A stretch of DNA of 62,747 nucleotides, taken from the NCBI GenBank assembly GCA_017992295.1, contig JAGOOV010000001.1, positions 1 to 62,747 of the forward strand, in the 5' to 3' direction. The translations under genes were made by a program, and so were the position numbers. The notes beneath the pieces were generated by a model, which worked only from the letters and a program-made list of their open reading frames with translations, did no database searches and was not told the DNA's origin. The stretch is from Candidatus Saccharimonadota bacterium (GTDB lineage: Bacteria > Patescibacteriota > Saccharimonadia > Saccharimonadales > CAIOMD01). Each line of letters begins with the position of its first letter. The stretch's first letter is position 1. Shown here one piece after another: positions 19,310-28,480 of the stretch.

Positions 19310-19551
19310 AGCAAAATTGTGACAAAACTACTTGTGTTAATTAATTTAAATAAAGTCGATACAAACAAAAGTGACGAGGCAAATATTACGATCCCCGAGA
19401 AAAGAATGTAAAAAATATAACGATTACTTTTATTGTTTAGCAGCATGTGGGCAAAAAGTACAGTGCATAGTCCCAAAAAACTACCCAGCACCACTTTAAT
19501 ATTAATATCTAACAAGTTGTTGCTATCCAGCAGTATAAGTTTGGCTAGCAT
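19306..19551 (-). CDS. hypothetical small membrane protein
   Basis: Two TM helices; first gene of the coupled four-gene unit. Confidence 0.4.
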   Translation of the reverse strand: MLAKLILLDSNNLLDINIKVVLGSFLGLCTVLFAHMLLNNKSNRYIFYILFSGIVIFASSLLFVSTLFKLINTSSFVTILL

Positions 19552-19709
19552 CGTCTAATTTTTTGCCCTCTTTCAGTAAAAACTATATCATTAAAATAAG
19601 CGTTAACATAATGAGCTTTTAGGATGCGCGCAAACACGCCAGTTGAAATATAACCGCAGAGTAAAAAAGTAAAAGCGCATTGATTAAGCTATCGGAGGAT
19701 ATCCCAAAG

Positions 19710-20729
19710 ATGTTAATGGACACAAAGCATTGGAGTCAAAAAAGCGTGATGGAAGTAGCTAATTTTTTTGATGTAGATATTAAGTTAGGGTTAGGCCAAC
19801 AAAGTGTGTTAGACAGAATAAAAAAATTTGGTCTCAACAGTGACCCGACTATTTCGGCCGATATCCAAGATATTTACAAAACACAGGTTTTAAGGAATGG
19901 GCAGCATCAGCTGATAAAAACTAGAAATATTGTTCCTGGTGATATAGTTACAATTAAACAAGGCAATCGAGTACCGGCTGATTTAAGGTTGTTTAAGGTG
20001 GCTAACCTAAAAATTGATCAATCGGCTTTAACTGGAGATTCTCTGCCTTCGGCTAAAAATACTTACTCGCTTAAGAAATCGGGTTCGTTGGCCAACCAAA
20101 AATGCATCGCTTTCAGTGGTAGTTATGTTGATTTGGGTCAAGGGACTGGTATTGTGATCAACCAGGCTTGTGCTTCAGAAATGGCGAGGTTATATCCAAA
20201 ATACAAAAAAAAGAAAAAATTTCTTAGCAGTATAGTTAATAGAAAATTAAAATCGGCTGGTTTGATAGTTCAAAACTCTAAAAAGGTTAAAAGGCTATCA
20301 AATTTTGATACTATTGTTTTTAATTTAGATCTGACTAAGCAAGAAATACAAAACCTGATAATTAAAGTACAGTTGACCAAAAATATCAATTGTAAGTTCA
20401 TCAACCAAAATAGCAGGAATATCGAAGATGGTAGCCAGGTTTTAAATCTTTCCGAGCAAAAAAAGTTTACCAATTTGCAATTATTCAAAAAACTTCAAGA
20501 ACATAACTTTGTTAGCGGTGTAAAAGCCGACGATATTGTGCGGATATTAAATGTTTTAGCTAACAATAATATTCGAGCACTTTATGTAACGGATGGTATC
20601 AATAAGGATATGGGTCTTGAGGCTGCATATGTATCAATGTTATTAGGTGACTATTCGCGTGACGATAATATTGCAATGGCTGACTTAATAGCCCCGTCTC
20701 AGAGGGTATTTATTATAGAACGTATATAA
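19710..20729 (+). CDS. soluble degenerate P-type ATPase-like protein (N-terminal, actuator and P-domain remnants; no TM helices)
   Basis: Cation_ATPase_N-like HWSQKSVMEVANFFDVDIKLGLGQQSVLDRIKKFGLN. Actuator PGDIVTIKQGNRVPADLRL...IDQSALTGDSLP. DKTGT replaced by FNLDLTK and GDGxNDxP by TDGINKDM. ATG at 19710 follows GGAGGA (the ORF track starts at TTG 19680). Confidence 0.6.
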   Translation: MLMDTKHWSQKSVMEVANFFDVDIKLGLGQQSVLDRIKKFGLNSDPTISADIQDIYKTQVLRNGQHQLIKTRNIVPGDIVTIKQGNRVPADLRLFKVANLKIDQSALTGDSLPSAKNTYSLKKSGSLANQKCIAFSGSYVDLGQGTGIVINQACASEMARLYPKYKKKKKFLSSIVNRKLKSAGLIVQNSKKVKRLSNFDTIVFNLDLTKQEIQNLIIKVQLTKNINCKFINQNSRNIEDGSQVLNLSEQKKFTNLQLFKKLQEHNFVSGVKADDIVRILNVLANNNIRALYVTDGINKDMGLEAAYVSMLLGDYSRDDNIAMADLIAPSQRVFIIERI

Positions 20730-20754
20730 CAATTCTTAAAAAATAAATTAACTA

Positions 20755-20792
20755 TTGATTTTATATTAAACTTATGTTTATAATATAAACAT
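20755..20792 (+). promoter_or_regulatory. putative promoter with overlapping 19-bp palindrome
   Basis: TTGATT at 20755-20760, an 18-nt spacer, then TATAAT at 20779-20784. The palindrome ATGTTTATA-A-TATAAACAT (20774-20792) covers the -10. Confidence 0.5.
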
Positions 20793-20837
20793 TGCTGTAA
20801 AAAAGCAAAAATCAAAAACAAAAAAGGAGTCATTGCT

Positions 20838-20918
20838 ATGAGTGATCTAGGTATAGATTACGAGCTAACTCCTACAACCAATCAGGCCATTTTAGAAGTG
20901 GACAATCTATTGGCCTAG
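20838..20918 (+). CDS. 26-codon micro-ORF (MSDLGIDYELTPTTNQAILEVDNLLA)
   Basis: AAGGAG lies 8 nt upstream of the ATG. The ORF is below the track cutoff. It has its own promoter and terminator. Confidence 0.4.
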   Translation: MSDLGIDYELTPTTNQAILEVDNLLA

Positions 20919-20948
20919 ACGGACGTAGGTAAAGCCCGTCGTAGTTTG

Positions 20949-20981
20949 AAAATACTCGCGTCTTAGAGAGCGGGTATTTTT
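20949..20981 (+). terminator. rho-independent terminator
   Basis: 11-bp stem AAAATACTCGC / GCGGGTATTTT (one G.U pair) ending in a T run. Confidence 0.75.
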
Positions 20982-21236
20982 GTTTATAGAGCACTTTTGG
21001 TACTACAACATCAAAAAATCAATGTTAATTAAAATAGTTAAAAGAGCTATCACAACTCCTGACTTAAAGGTTTTTAGGACCGGATTTGGTAAAACAGCTC
21101 TTAGCCCTCAAGGATTAAATAGAAAAAATTGTAACAAAAGCTTAATGTTTAAGACTAAAAAGCTATAAACTGATAAAATTTAGGTTGCGAGGTTTCGTTA
21201 AGCCGTTTGGTCCTTAAGGTAGTTCGCTTAATTCAA

Positions 21237-21313
21237 GCCGGGGTAGCTCAGTTGGTTAGAGCGTAGGACTCATAAGCCTAAGGTCGCGAGTTCAATTCTC
21301 GCCCCCGGTACCA
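21237..21313 (+). tRNA. tRNA with CAU anticodon (elongator Met or Ile2)
   Basis: GCCGGGG...CCCCGGT acceptor stem (G1.U72), D arm GCTCAGTTGGTTAGAGC, anticodon loop CTCATAA, encoded CCA. Confidence 0.8.
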
Positions 21314-21432
21314 ATACCGAACTTACATATACAAAGCTTTTTTTAAATGAATTGTATTTAGATAAGTCACAGTTTTGTTTTACCTCGACGACTTGACTTA
21401 TAATGTAAAAAAATCTACAATAACAGTTAGAA

Positions 21433-22146
21433 ATGGAAAAGTCGCCTATACTACCAGGCGAGCAATACAAAGATCAGTCAGAAAAACAAAAAGAACTGGC
21501 AGAGGTGCTAAACTGTAATGAATTTCTTGATAACCTGGCCCTGCTTAGGGAGCGTACCAGACAGACACATTTAGTTAGCGCCTTTTCGGTCTATAAGAAC
21601 GGTAGTTACCAGGTTGGCGACATAATTTCCTGCTTGCCGGAAGAAGTGCCGAGTATAACGGTTGAATACGAAGAAGATATAATTGGTCGACCAAAAACTA
21701 TTCAATGCCAGGACGATTTAGATTGTACTAGCTACTCTGTTGATCCCGGTCGCCAGCACGAGCTACTTATGGTTATACATTCTCATCCTGATAACAACAC
21801 CCATTGCCTAAAAAGGGATTATTCCGACTTATTGGCACCTACGGTAGAAGATTTAGATAATTGGCAGCGAGAAGTTACCTACAATCGCGATATTATCGAA
21901 GGAATTTTAGTTTGTGAAAAAGATTGTCAGGGCCTTCTTCTGTTTAGGAAGAATCCAAAACAAAATATCCAGCCGGTATGGCGAGTATTTGGCACCCATC
22001 CAGAGACTATCACGTACGATTCAGTCATGGGTGTTATGCTCGCTAGCGGATTGTTGACTTCAAAAATTAGATTGGATTGCCAAAAAAGCCATTATCATAG
22101 GCAAGTCAATCGGGCAGCTTTTATTCTGAGCGGTGGTCGTAAGTAA
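21433..22146 (+). CDS. hypothetical protein with possible JAB/MPN-like metalloprotease motif
   Basis: HELLMVIHSHP...PTVEDL resembles E...HxH...(S/T)xxD, but the spacing is longer than canonical. Confidence 0.4.
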   Translation: MEKSPILPGEQYKDQSEKQKELAEVLNCNEFLDNLALLRERTRQTHLVSAFSVYKNGSYQVGDIISCLPEEVPSITVEYEEDIIGRPKTIQCQDDLDCTSYSVDPGRQHELLMVIHSHPDNNTHCLKRDYSDLLAPTVEDLDNWQREVTYNRDIIEGILVCEKDCQGLLLFRKNPKQNIQPVWRVFGTHPETITYDSVMGVMLASGLLTSKIRLDCQKSHYHRQVNRAAFILSGGRK

Positions 22147-22152
22147 TAGTTT

Positions 22153-23079
22153 TTGTCAGCACTACAAGTTGCTATTATGAACACTGCAATGAATATACCC
22201 TTAAATATTCCAAAAGGTAAGTATGTGGTGGCGGTTTCTGGCGGAGTGGATTCCATGGTACTTTTAGACATATTAGCCAAAAATAAACAATTAAATTTAA
22301 TAGTCGCCCACTTTAATCACGGAATCCGAAAAGATTCACATGTTGATGAAGTTTTGGTAAAGAAAATATGCGATAGCCGTGATCTAGTTTTTGTATCCGA
22401 ACAAGGCAATTTGGGCAAAGATGCCAGTGAAGAAAAAGCTCGAGGTGCTCGCTACACCTTTTTAAGTAAAGTATTAAAAGACCATAATGCAAAGGCGATA
22501 ATAACGGCTCATCATCAGGACGATTTGATAGAAACCAGCATTATTAATCTTTTAAGAGGAACCAATAGGCGAGGTTTAACTGCCTTACAAAATAAAGACG
22601 ATATTCTTAGACCCCTGCTTTTGTATCCGAAAGTAGCGCTGGTTGAATATGCTAAAAGCAATAAACTGCAATGGCGCGAGGACAGCACTAACAAAGACAA
22701 GAAATATTTACGCAACTTTGTACGGCTGGAGATAGTGTCAAAAATGGCACCTCTGCAAAGAACGCAATGGCTTAAAATACTAGATGCTATCGAGAAACGA
22801 AATAAAGCAATTAACACCCAATTGGAGTTTCTTTTTAAAAAAGGCTTGCATAGAAATCAGATGGTTCTAAACCGAAAGTGGTTTTGCTTGTTACCCCATA
22901 TAATATGCAAAGAGGTTGTTGCCGGCATTTTGTATAAAATGGATATTAAGAATTTCGATAAGAAAACAATTGAGAGATTGGCGGTACAGATTAAGACTCT
23001 ACCTGCCGGTAAAACTATCCAATTAGTCGGGGCGAATATCTACTTGACTAAACGTTCTGCAAGGTTTAAAAACAGATAG
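22153..23079 (+). CDS. tilS: tRNA(Ile)-lysidine synthase
   Basis: PP-loop VAVSGGVDSMVLL and the conserved position upstream of ftsH. The start may be an internal Met. Confidence 0.8.
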   Translation: MSALQVAIMNTAMNIPLNIPKGKYVVAVSGGVDSMVLLDILAKNKQLNLIVAHFNHGIRKDSHVDEVLVKKICDSRDLVFVSEQGNLGKDASEEKARGARYTFLSKVLKDHNAKAIITAHHQDDLIETSIINLLRGTNRRGLTALQNKDDILRPLLLYPKVALVEYAKSNKLQWREDSTNKDKKYLRNFVRLEIVSKMAPLQRTQWLKILDAIEKRNKAINTQLEFLFKKGLHRNQMVLNRKWFCLLPHIICKEVVAGILYKMDIKNFDKKTIERLAVQIKTLPAGKTIQLVGANIYLTKRSARFKNR

Positions 23080-23113
23080 CCTTAAGAGTCTAAAACCAGT
23101 ATAATTACATCTT

Positions 23114-24982
23114 ATGGACAAGAAGTTACCTTTGATTAGTAAGCAGCCCCCCAAAAACCGGTGGTTTAAGAATATCGGTTTGTTAGTAATTTTAGCTATG
23201 CTGGCAACCGTTATGTTTTATGGCTATCGACAACCGGAAAAATTGGTAGATAAACCGTACAATGATGTTATAGCAAGGGCTAATAAAGGTGAAATTTCTA
23301 AACTAGAAATTAGCGGTGAACAGGTTAAAGTTACGGTAAAAAACCAAAATAAACCGACTGAAAAAACTCATATTCAACAGGGAGCAGATTTATACAATTC
23401 AGTCGGAGGCTTAACTAACAGAAACGTTACAGTGGTATTTAAGCCCGTCTCTAACAGCGGAGCTACTTGGACGGCTCTAGCTATTAATTTATTACCCGTA
23501 ATAATCATTACCGGCGTTCTGATTTTTATACTTCGCTCGGCCCAAGGTCAGGGCAACCAAGCATTAGGTTTTGGTAAAAGCGCCGCCCGGCTTTATGGAA
23601 ATGAAAAAGAGGTAGTTAAGTTCTCGGACGTGGCTGGTGCTGCCGAGGCGAAACAAGATTTATCGGAAGTTGTAGAATTTTTAAAATTTCCCAAAAAATT
23701 CCAAGACGTTGGAGCCAAGATACCTAAAGGAGTGCTGCTAGTTGGGCCACCGGGAACCGGAAAAACGCTGCTGGCTAGGGCCGTGGCTGGCGAAGCTAAC
23801 GTACCTTTCTTTAGCATTTCGGGTTCAGAGTTTGTTGAAATGTTTGTCGGCGTCGGTGCCAGTCGAGTTCGTGATTTGTTTTCAAAGGCCAAAAAAAATG
23901 CACCTTGTATAATCTTTATTGACGAAATAGATGCTGTCGGCCGTCGTCGTGGTTCCGGTATGGGTGGCGGCCACGACGAGAGAGAACAAACACTTAATCA
24001 AATTTTGGTAGAAATGGACGGTTTCGAACAAGGACAAAACGTAATTGTACTAGCTGCTACGAACCGCATGGATGTACTTGACCCGGCGCTATTAAGGCCC
24101 GGCAGGTTTGATCGACGAGTTAGTATAGATTTGCCAGATCGTAAAGACCGCTTAGCCATACTAAAGGTCCACTTTAACAAAAAACCACTTGGCAAGGATG
24201 TCGACTTAGATTCGATAGCTGCTAAAACAGCAGGGTCCAGTGGTGCCGATTTAGCTAACATTGCCAATGAAGCAGCTATTATCGCTGCGAGGTTGAATAG
24301 GACGGAAATTAATAACTATGATTTAACTGAAGCTTTCGAAAAAGTAGCTATTGGGCCGGAGCGAAAAAGTAAAATTATGAGCGATCACGAGAAAGAATTA
24401 ACGGCTTATCACGAAGCCGGCCACGCCGTGGTCGGCCACGCTCTACCCGATAGCGATATGGTACACAAAGTAACTATTATCCCCCGTGGTAACACCGGTG
24501 GTGTTACTTGGTTTATACCACCGGAAGATAAAAGTTATCATTCATTGATAGAGTACAAAGACGTTTTGGCTAGAATGCTCGGAGGGCGCGTTACAGAAGA
24601 AATTATTTATGGCCCAGACAGAATCACTACCGGCGCGGGGAGCGATTTGCAAAGAGCAGCCGAGTTAGCCAGAGAGATGGTAGTTAATCAAGGAATGGGC
24701 AAAAGGTTACGCGATCAAGTATTTAAGAGTGAGGATGGAATGATGATGGACCGCCTGATACACGAAAGACAATATTCCGAAGAAACTGCAAAAATAATCG
24801 ATCAAGAAGTTGAGAGTTTAATAACCGAGGCTAGTAGACGCGCTAAGGCAGTTATTAAAGCTAACAGAGAACAATTAGACAGCTTAAAACAAGCTTTGCT
24901 CGATAAAGAAACCGTTGAAGCTGATGAAGTGCTCGAAATATTAAAGAACACAAAATTGCCAAAAGAGGCCGCACTCTATTAA
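23114..24982 (+). CDS. ftsH: ATP-dependent zinc metalloprotease FtsH
   Basis: Two TM helices, Walker A GPPGTGKT, Walker [12 protein letters not shown], zinc motif HEAGHAV. Confidence 0.95.
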   Translation: MDKKLPLISKQPPKNRWFKNIGLLVILAMLATVMFYGYRQPEKLVDKPYNDVIARANKGEISKLEISGEQVKVTVKNQNKPTEKTHIQQGADLYNSVGGLTNRNVTVVFKPVSNSGATWTALAINLLPVIIITGVLIFILRSAQGQGNQALGFGKSAARLYGNEKEVVKFSDVAGAAEAKQDLSEVVEFLKFPKKFQDVGAKIPKGVLLVGPPGTGKTLLARAVAGEANVPFFSISGSEFVEMFVGVGASRVRDLFSKAKKNAPCIIFIDEIDAVGRRRGSGMGGGHDEREQTLNQILVEMDGFEQGQNVIVLAATNRMDVLDPALLRPGRFDRRVSIDLPDRKDRLAILKVHFNKKPLGKDVDLDSIAAKTAGSSGADLANIANEAAIIAARLNRTEINNYDLTEAFEKVAIGPERKSKIMSDHEKELTAYHEAGHAVVGHALPDSDMVHKVTIIPRGNTGGVTWFIPPEDKSYHSLIEYKDVLARMLGGRVTEEIIYGPDRITTGAGSDLQRAAELAREMVVNQGMGKRLRDQVFKSEDGMMMDRLIHERQYSEETAKIIDQEVESLITEASRRAKAVIKANREQLDSLKQALLDKETVEADEVLEILKNTKLPKEAALY

Positions 24983-25026
24983 ACTTTAAGTAATAAAAGT
25001 TTTTTTAAAAGATGAAATAGAAATTT

Positions 25027-26598
25027 ATGAATCGTTTTTTGGGGCGCGCCAATAAAAGACTGTCATTGGGCTCTGCTGCAATGCTTTTGGCAGGCAGTGC
25101 TTTTATAGGGACAATCCTCGGTATTTTGCGAACCAAGTTGATAAATGCCAACTTTAATAATTTTGAATCGGATGCTTATTTTGCCGCTTTTAAAATACCC
25201 GATTTTGTTTTTTTCACTCTAGCGTCCGGTGCGTTGGGAGTGGCTTTTTTGCCCATTTTAAGCGAGCGTTTGCAAAAAAATAAGCAATCCGCCTGGGAAG
25301 TGTCTAGTTATGTTTTAAACGCGTTAGCAGTTGTAGCCTTTATCTCTTCAGTACTAATAATGGTGTTTGCTAGACCGTTGTTAAGTCGCGTTGTGGCTCC
25401 AGGTTTCACTCCAGAACAAATGGATCTGACGGTGGCAATAATGAGAATTATCTCTGTCAATATATTTTTGTTTGCTATTTCTACGGTGTTGACTACTTTA
25501 CAGCAGGCTTTGGGCCGTTTCTTTTTTGCAGCTATTGCCCCTTTGTTTTATAACGGCTGTATCATTGCCAGCATTTTTATTTTTGGCCCTAGTATCGGAA
25601 TTGTGGGCTTGGGGCTTGGCGTGGCTATAGGAGCCGTCTTGCAGTTAATGGTTGTGGCGTTAGGCTTGGTGGGGACAGATTTTCGGTATCGTCCTAAAAT
25701 TGATTTTAAGAATAAAAGCTTTATGGAAATTATAAGAATACTACCTGCCAGGTCTATTGATCAGGGTATAGATTACATAAACGGCATTGTCGAAACTCGG
25801 TTTGCTTCCCGATTGAATATCGGGGCAGTAACAAATTATGAAAATGCTTTGCTTTTGCACAACGCCCCGATAATGTTGGTAGGTACAGCCATTGCTACCG
25901 CTGCTTTTCCCAGGCTTACTGACCGCCTAGCTCAGGGCAGGACAGACCTGTTTAGAAAAGAATTTATTAGAGTGCTTTGTTCTATGATTTGGATTGCCTT
26001 GCCTGTGGTTGTAGTTAGTTATTTTGCTAGAGCTTACCTGGCCAGAATTATATTCGCGAGATCTAATCGTGAAATAGCTTTAATCTTTGGGTTTTTATGT
26101 ATATCTATATTCTTTAGAATTATGTACGCTATTATTTCGCGGTACTTTTATGCCCACAAAGACACCAAGACTCCTCTCTATGTTTCACTATTCGTTATAC
26201 TCTTAAATATTTACTTGGCATATACTTGGGCAAGGCCGAGTTCGTATGGAGTTGTTGGATTAGCCTTGGCTCAAGCTACGGTGGCTATTGTTGAGATTGT
26301 TGTCTTAACGACTGTAATGGTTGTTCGTGATAGAAAAATATTCGATATGGTCTTTTTTAAGTTCTTAACCAGGGTTATTTCGGTTACCGGTTTTACTGTG
26401 GCAGCAGCCTATCTAACTGTTCAATTCTTACCCTTAAGTCAGCAAGATCTGGGCTTTATAATTGTCGCAAAACTTACCTTTATAGCTTTGGTGGTGTTTG
26501 TGGTGCATACGCTCATTTCGTACATGTTTGGCTTAAGTGAGGCCATAGCTGTTAAAAATAGAGTAAAGAACATCATTACCAAGCCGGTAAAGATTTAA
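25027..26598 (+). CDS. murJ: lipid II flippase MurJ/MviN
   Basis: 523 aa with about 14 TM helices and a MurJ-like N-terminus (FGRANKRLSLGSAAMLLAGSAFIGTILGILR). Confidence 0.75.
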   Translation: MNRFLGRANKRLSLGSAAMLLAGSAFIGTILGILRTKLINANFNNFESDAYFAAFKIPDFVFFTLASGALGVAFLPILSERLQKNKQSAWEVSSYVLNALAVVAFISSVLIMVFARPLLSRVVAPGFTPEQMDLTVAIMRIISVNIFLFAISTVLTTLQQALGRFFFAAIAPLFYNGCIIASIFIFGPSIGIVGLGLGVAIGAVLQLMVVALGLVGTDFRYRPKIDFKNKSFMEIIRILPARSIDQGIDYINGIVETRFASRLNIGAVTNYENALLLHNAPIMLVGTAIATAAFPRLTDRLAQGRTDLFRKEFIRVLCSMIWIALPVVVVSYFARAYLARIIFARSNREIALIFGFLCISIFFRIMYAIISRYFYAHKDTKTPLYVSLFVILLNIYLAYTWARPSSYGVVGLALAQATVAIVEIVVLTTVMVVRDRKIFDMVFFKFLTRVISVTGFTVAAAYLTVQFLPLSQQDLGFIIVAKLTFIALVVFVVHTLISYMFGLSEAIAVKNRVKNIITKPVKI

Positions 26599-26612
26599 TA
26601 CCAACTGAACCT

Positions 26613-28391
26613 ATGGAAAAAATTCGTAATTTTTGCATTATCGCTCATATTGACCACGGAAAATCCACTTTAGCGGACAGACTAATAGAATTAACCGATG
26701 CTGTTGATAAGAGGCTAATGCGCGAACGTGTATTAGACCGCATGGATTTAGAGCGCGAAAAGGGCATTACTATAAAGTTACAGCCGGTAAGGATGCAATA
26801 CAAAGATTATGAACTTAACTTAATAGATACCCCCGGGCATGTCGACTTTAGTTACGAAGTGTCTAGAAGCTTAGCGGCTTGTGAAGGGGCTGTCTTGGTT
26901 ATAGACGCTACCCAAGGAGTGCAGGCACAGACGTTGGCGAACGTATACCTGGCATTATCAGCTGGGTTAAAAATAATCCCAGTGCTCAACAAAGTAGATT
27001 TACCAGCCGCCGATGTTGACCGAGTCTCAGTCGAGGTGGCGTCTCTGCTGAAATGTAGTAAAGACGAAATAATACAAGTTTCGGCCAAAACAGGCGTTGG
27101 AGTGGATAGTGTTTTAAAGGCGATTATCGAACGCATACCGTCTCCGAGCGGTAAACCGTCTCAACCGCTGAAAGCTTTGATATTTGATAGTTATTTCGAC
27201 GACTATCGAGGGGTAGTATTATACGTTCGTGTTGTTGACGGGGAACTAAAGAGAGGTGCTCAAATACACATGACAGCAGCTAGTAAAAACGGCTTGGCTT
27301 TGGAGGTCGGGAGCTTAAAACCGGAATTGCGAACGACAAGTGGCTTAAAATGTGGGGAGATTGGCTATGTCGTAACTAATTTTAAGAGTACTGCCGATGC
27401 CCGAGTTGGCGACACTTTAACTACATTCGATAAAAAATCGGATGTCACTCCTCTACCCGGTTACAAAGAAGTAAAACCTTTTGTGTACGCCGGTATTTTT
27501 CCGAGTTCAAGTAAAGACTATCAGTTGCTGAAAAATGCTATTGCAAAACTACAATTAAATGACTCAGCCCTTGTTTACGAACCGGAAAATTCGCCTGTTT
27601 TAGGGTTTGGTTTTAGGGTAGGTTTTTTGGGTTTGCTTCATATGGAGATTGTCAGGGAGAGGCTGGAGCGAGAATATAATTTAGAAATAATCGTTACTAA
27701 TCCCAGTACCAATTATCAGGTGTTACTAAACGACAATCGGGAAATAGAAATTAAATCGGCAAACGATTTACCAGAAATGGCAAATGTCAAATCGATAAAA
27801 GAACCGTGGGTTAAAGGGGAAATTGTCTGCCTCAAGCACTCGGTAGGTTCGGTTATCCAGTTAATAAACCAAACACGAGGCTCGCAAGGTGATATCAACT
27901 TTGTTGACAATCATTTAGTAATAATCGAATTTAACGCCCCGCTCAGCAATATCCTAACTGATTTCTACGATCGCTTAAAAAGTATTACTTCGGGATATGG
28001 TTCGTTTAGCTACGATTTAGATGGCTATTTTGCTGGAGAGTTGGTCAAGCTGGATTTTTATGTAGCAAATGAAAAAATCGATGCCTTAAGCGTAATTGTA
28101 CATAAAAATGAAGCCGATAAAATAGGTCGAGAAGTCGTAGCTAAGCTTAAAACTATTATCCCCAGGCAACTGTTTAAAGTAAGTTTGCAGGCCGCAATTG
28201 GCAGTCGGGTCTTAGCTCGGGAGGATATTCCAATGTTAAAAAAGGATGTTACCGGCTACTTATATGGGGGAGACGTATCGCGTAAGAAAAAATTGTGGGC
28301 TAAGCAAAAAAGAGGAAAAACCAGACTCAAAAAATTCGGTAAAGTAGATATGCCGACAGAAGCCTTTCAAGTAATGCTCAAACGAGAGTAA
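26613..28391 (+). CDS. lepA: translation elongation factor 4 (LepA)
   Basis: IRNFCIIAHIDHGKSTLADR, DTPGHVDF and NKVD G-motifs, and a LepA-specific C-terminal domain. Confidence 0.95.
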   Translation: MEKIRNFCIIAHIDHGKSTLADRLIELTDAVDKRLMRERVLDRMDLEREKGITIKLQPVRMQYKDYELNLIDTPGHVDFSYEVSRSLAACEGAVLVIDATQGVQAQTLANVYLALSAGLKIIPVLNKVDLPAADVDRVSVEVASLLKCSKDEIIQVSAKTGVGVDSVLKAIIERIPSPSGKPSQPLKALIFDSYFDDYRGVVLYVRVVDGELKRGAQIHMTAASKNGLALEVGSLKPELRTTSGLKCGEIGYVVTNFKSTADARVGDTLTTFDKKSDVTPLPGYKEVKPFVYAGIFPSSSKDYQLLKNAIAKLQLNDSALVYEPENSPVLGFGFRVGFLGLLHMEIVRERLEREYNLEIIVTNPSTNYQVLLNDNREIEIKSANDLPEMANVKSIKEPWVKGEIVCLKHSVGSVIQLINQTRGSQGDINFVDNHLVIIEFNAPLSNILTDFYDRLKSITSGYGSFSYDLDGYFAGELVKLDFYVANEKIDALSVIVHKNEADKIGREVVAKLKTIIPRQLFKVSLQAAIGSRVLAREDIPMLKKDVTGYLYGGDVSRKKKLWAKQKRGKTRLKKFGKVDMPTEAFQVMLKRE

Positions 28392-28480
28392 GTTGTAAAT
28401 TAAATCATTATTCTACCGGAATCGTATTTTAATATTTTCCTAAGTTAGAGAGTTCTCCGGCCGAATTAATTAACTAAATT

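Noticed and set aside
20980-21168. 62-aa ORF after the micro-ORF terminator.
   Set aside because: It has a non-ATG start inside the terminator T-run, no SD, and a Lys/Asn-rich composition expected from AT-rich non-coding DNA. The 250-nt spacer before the tRNA remains unexplained.
21270-21470. 66-aa minus-strand ORF.
   Set aside because: Its 3' part is the reverse complement of the tRNA at 21237-21313, so it is an artefact of the tRNA sequence.
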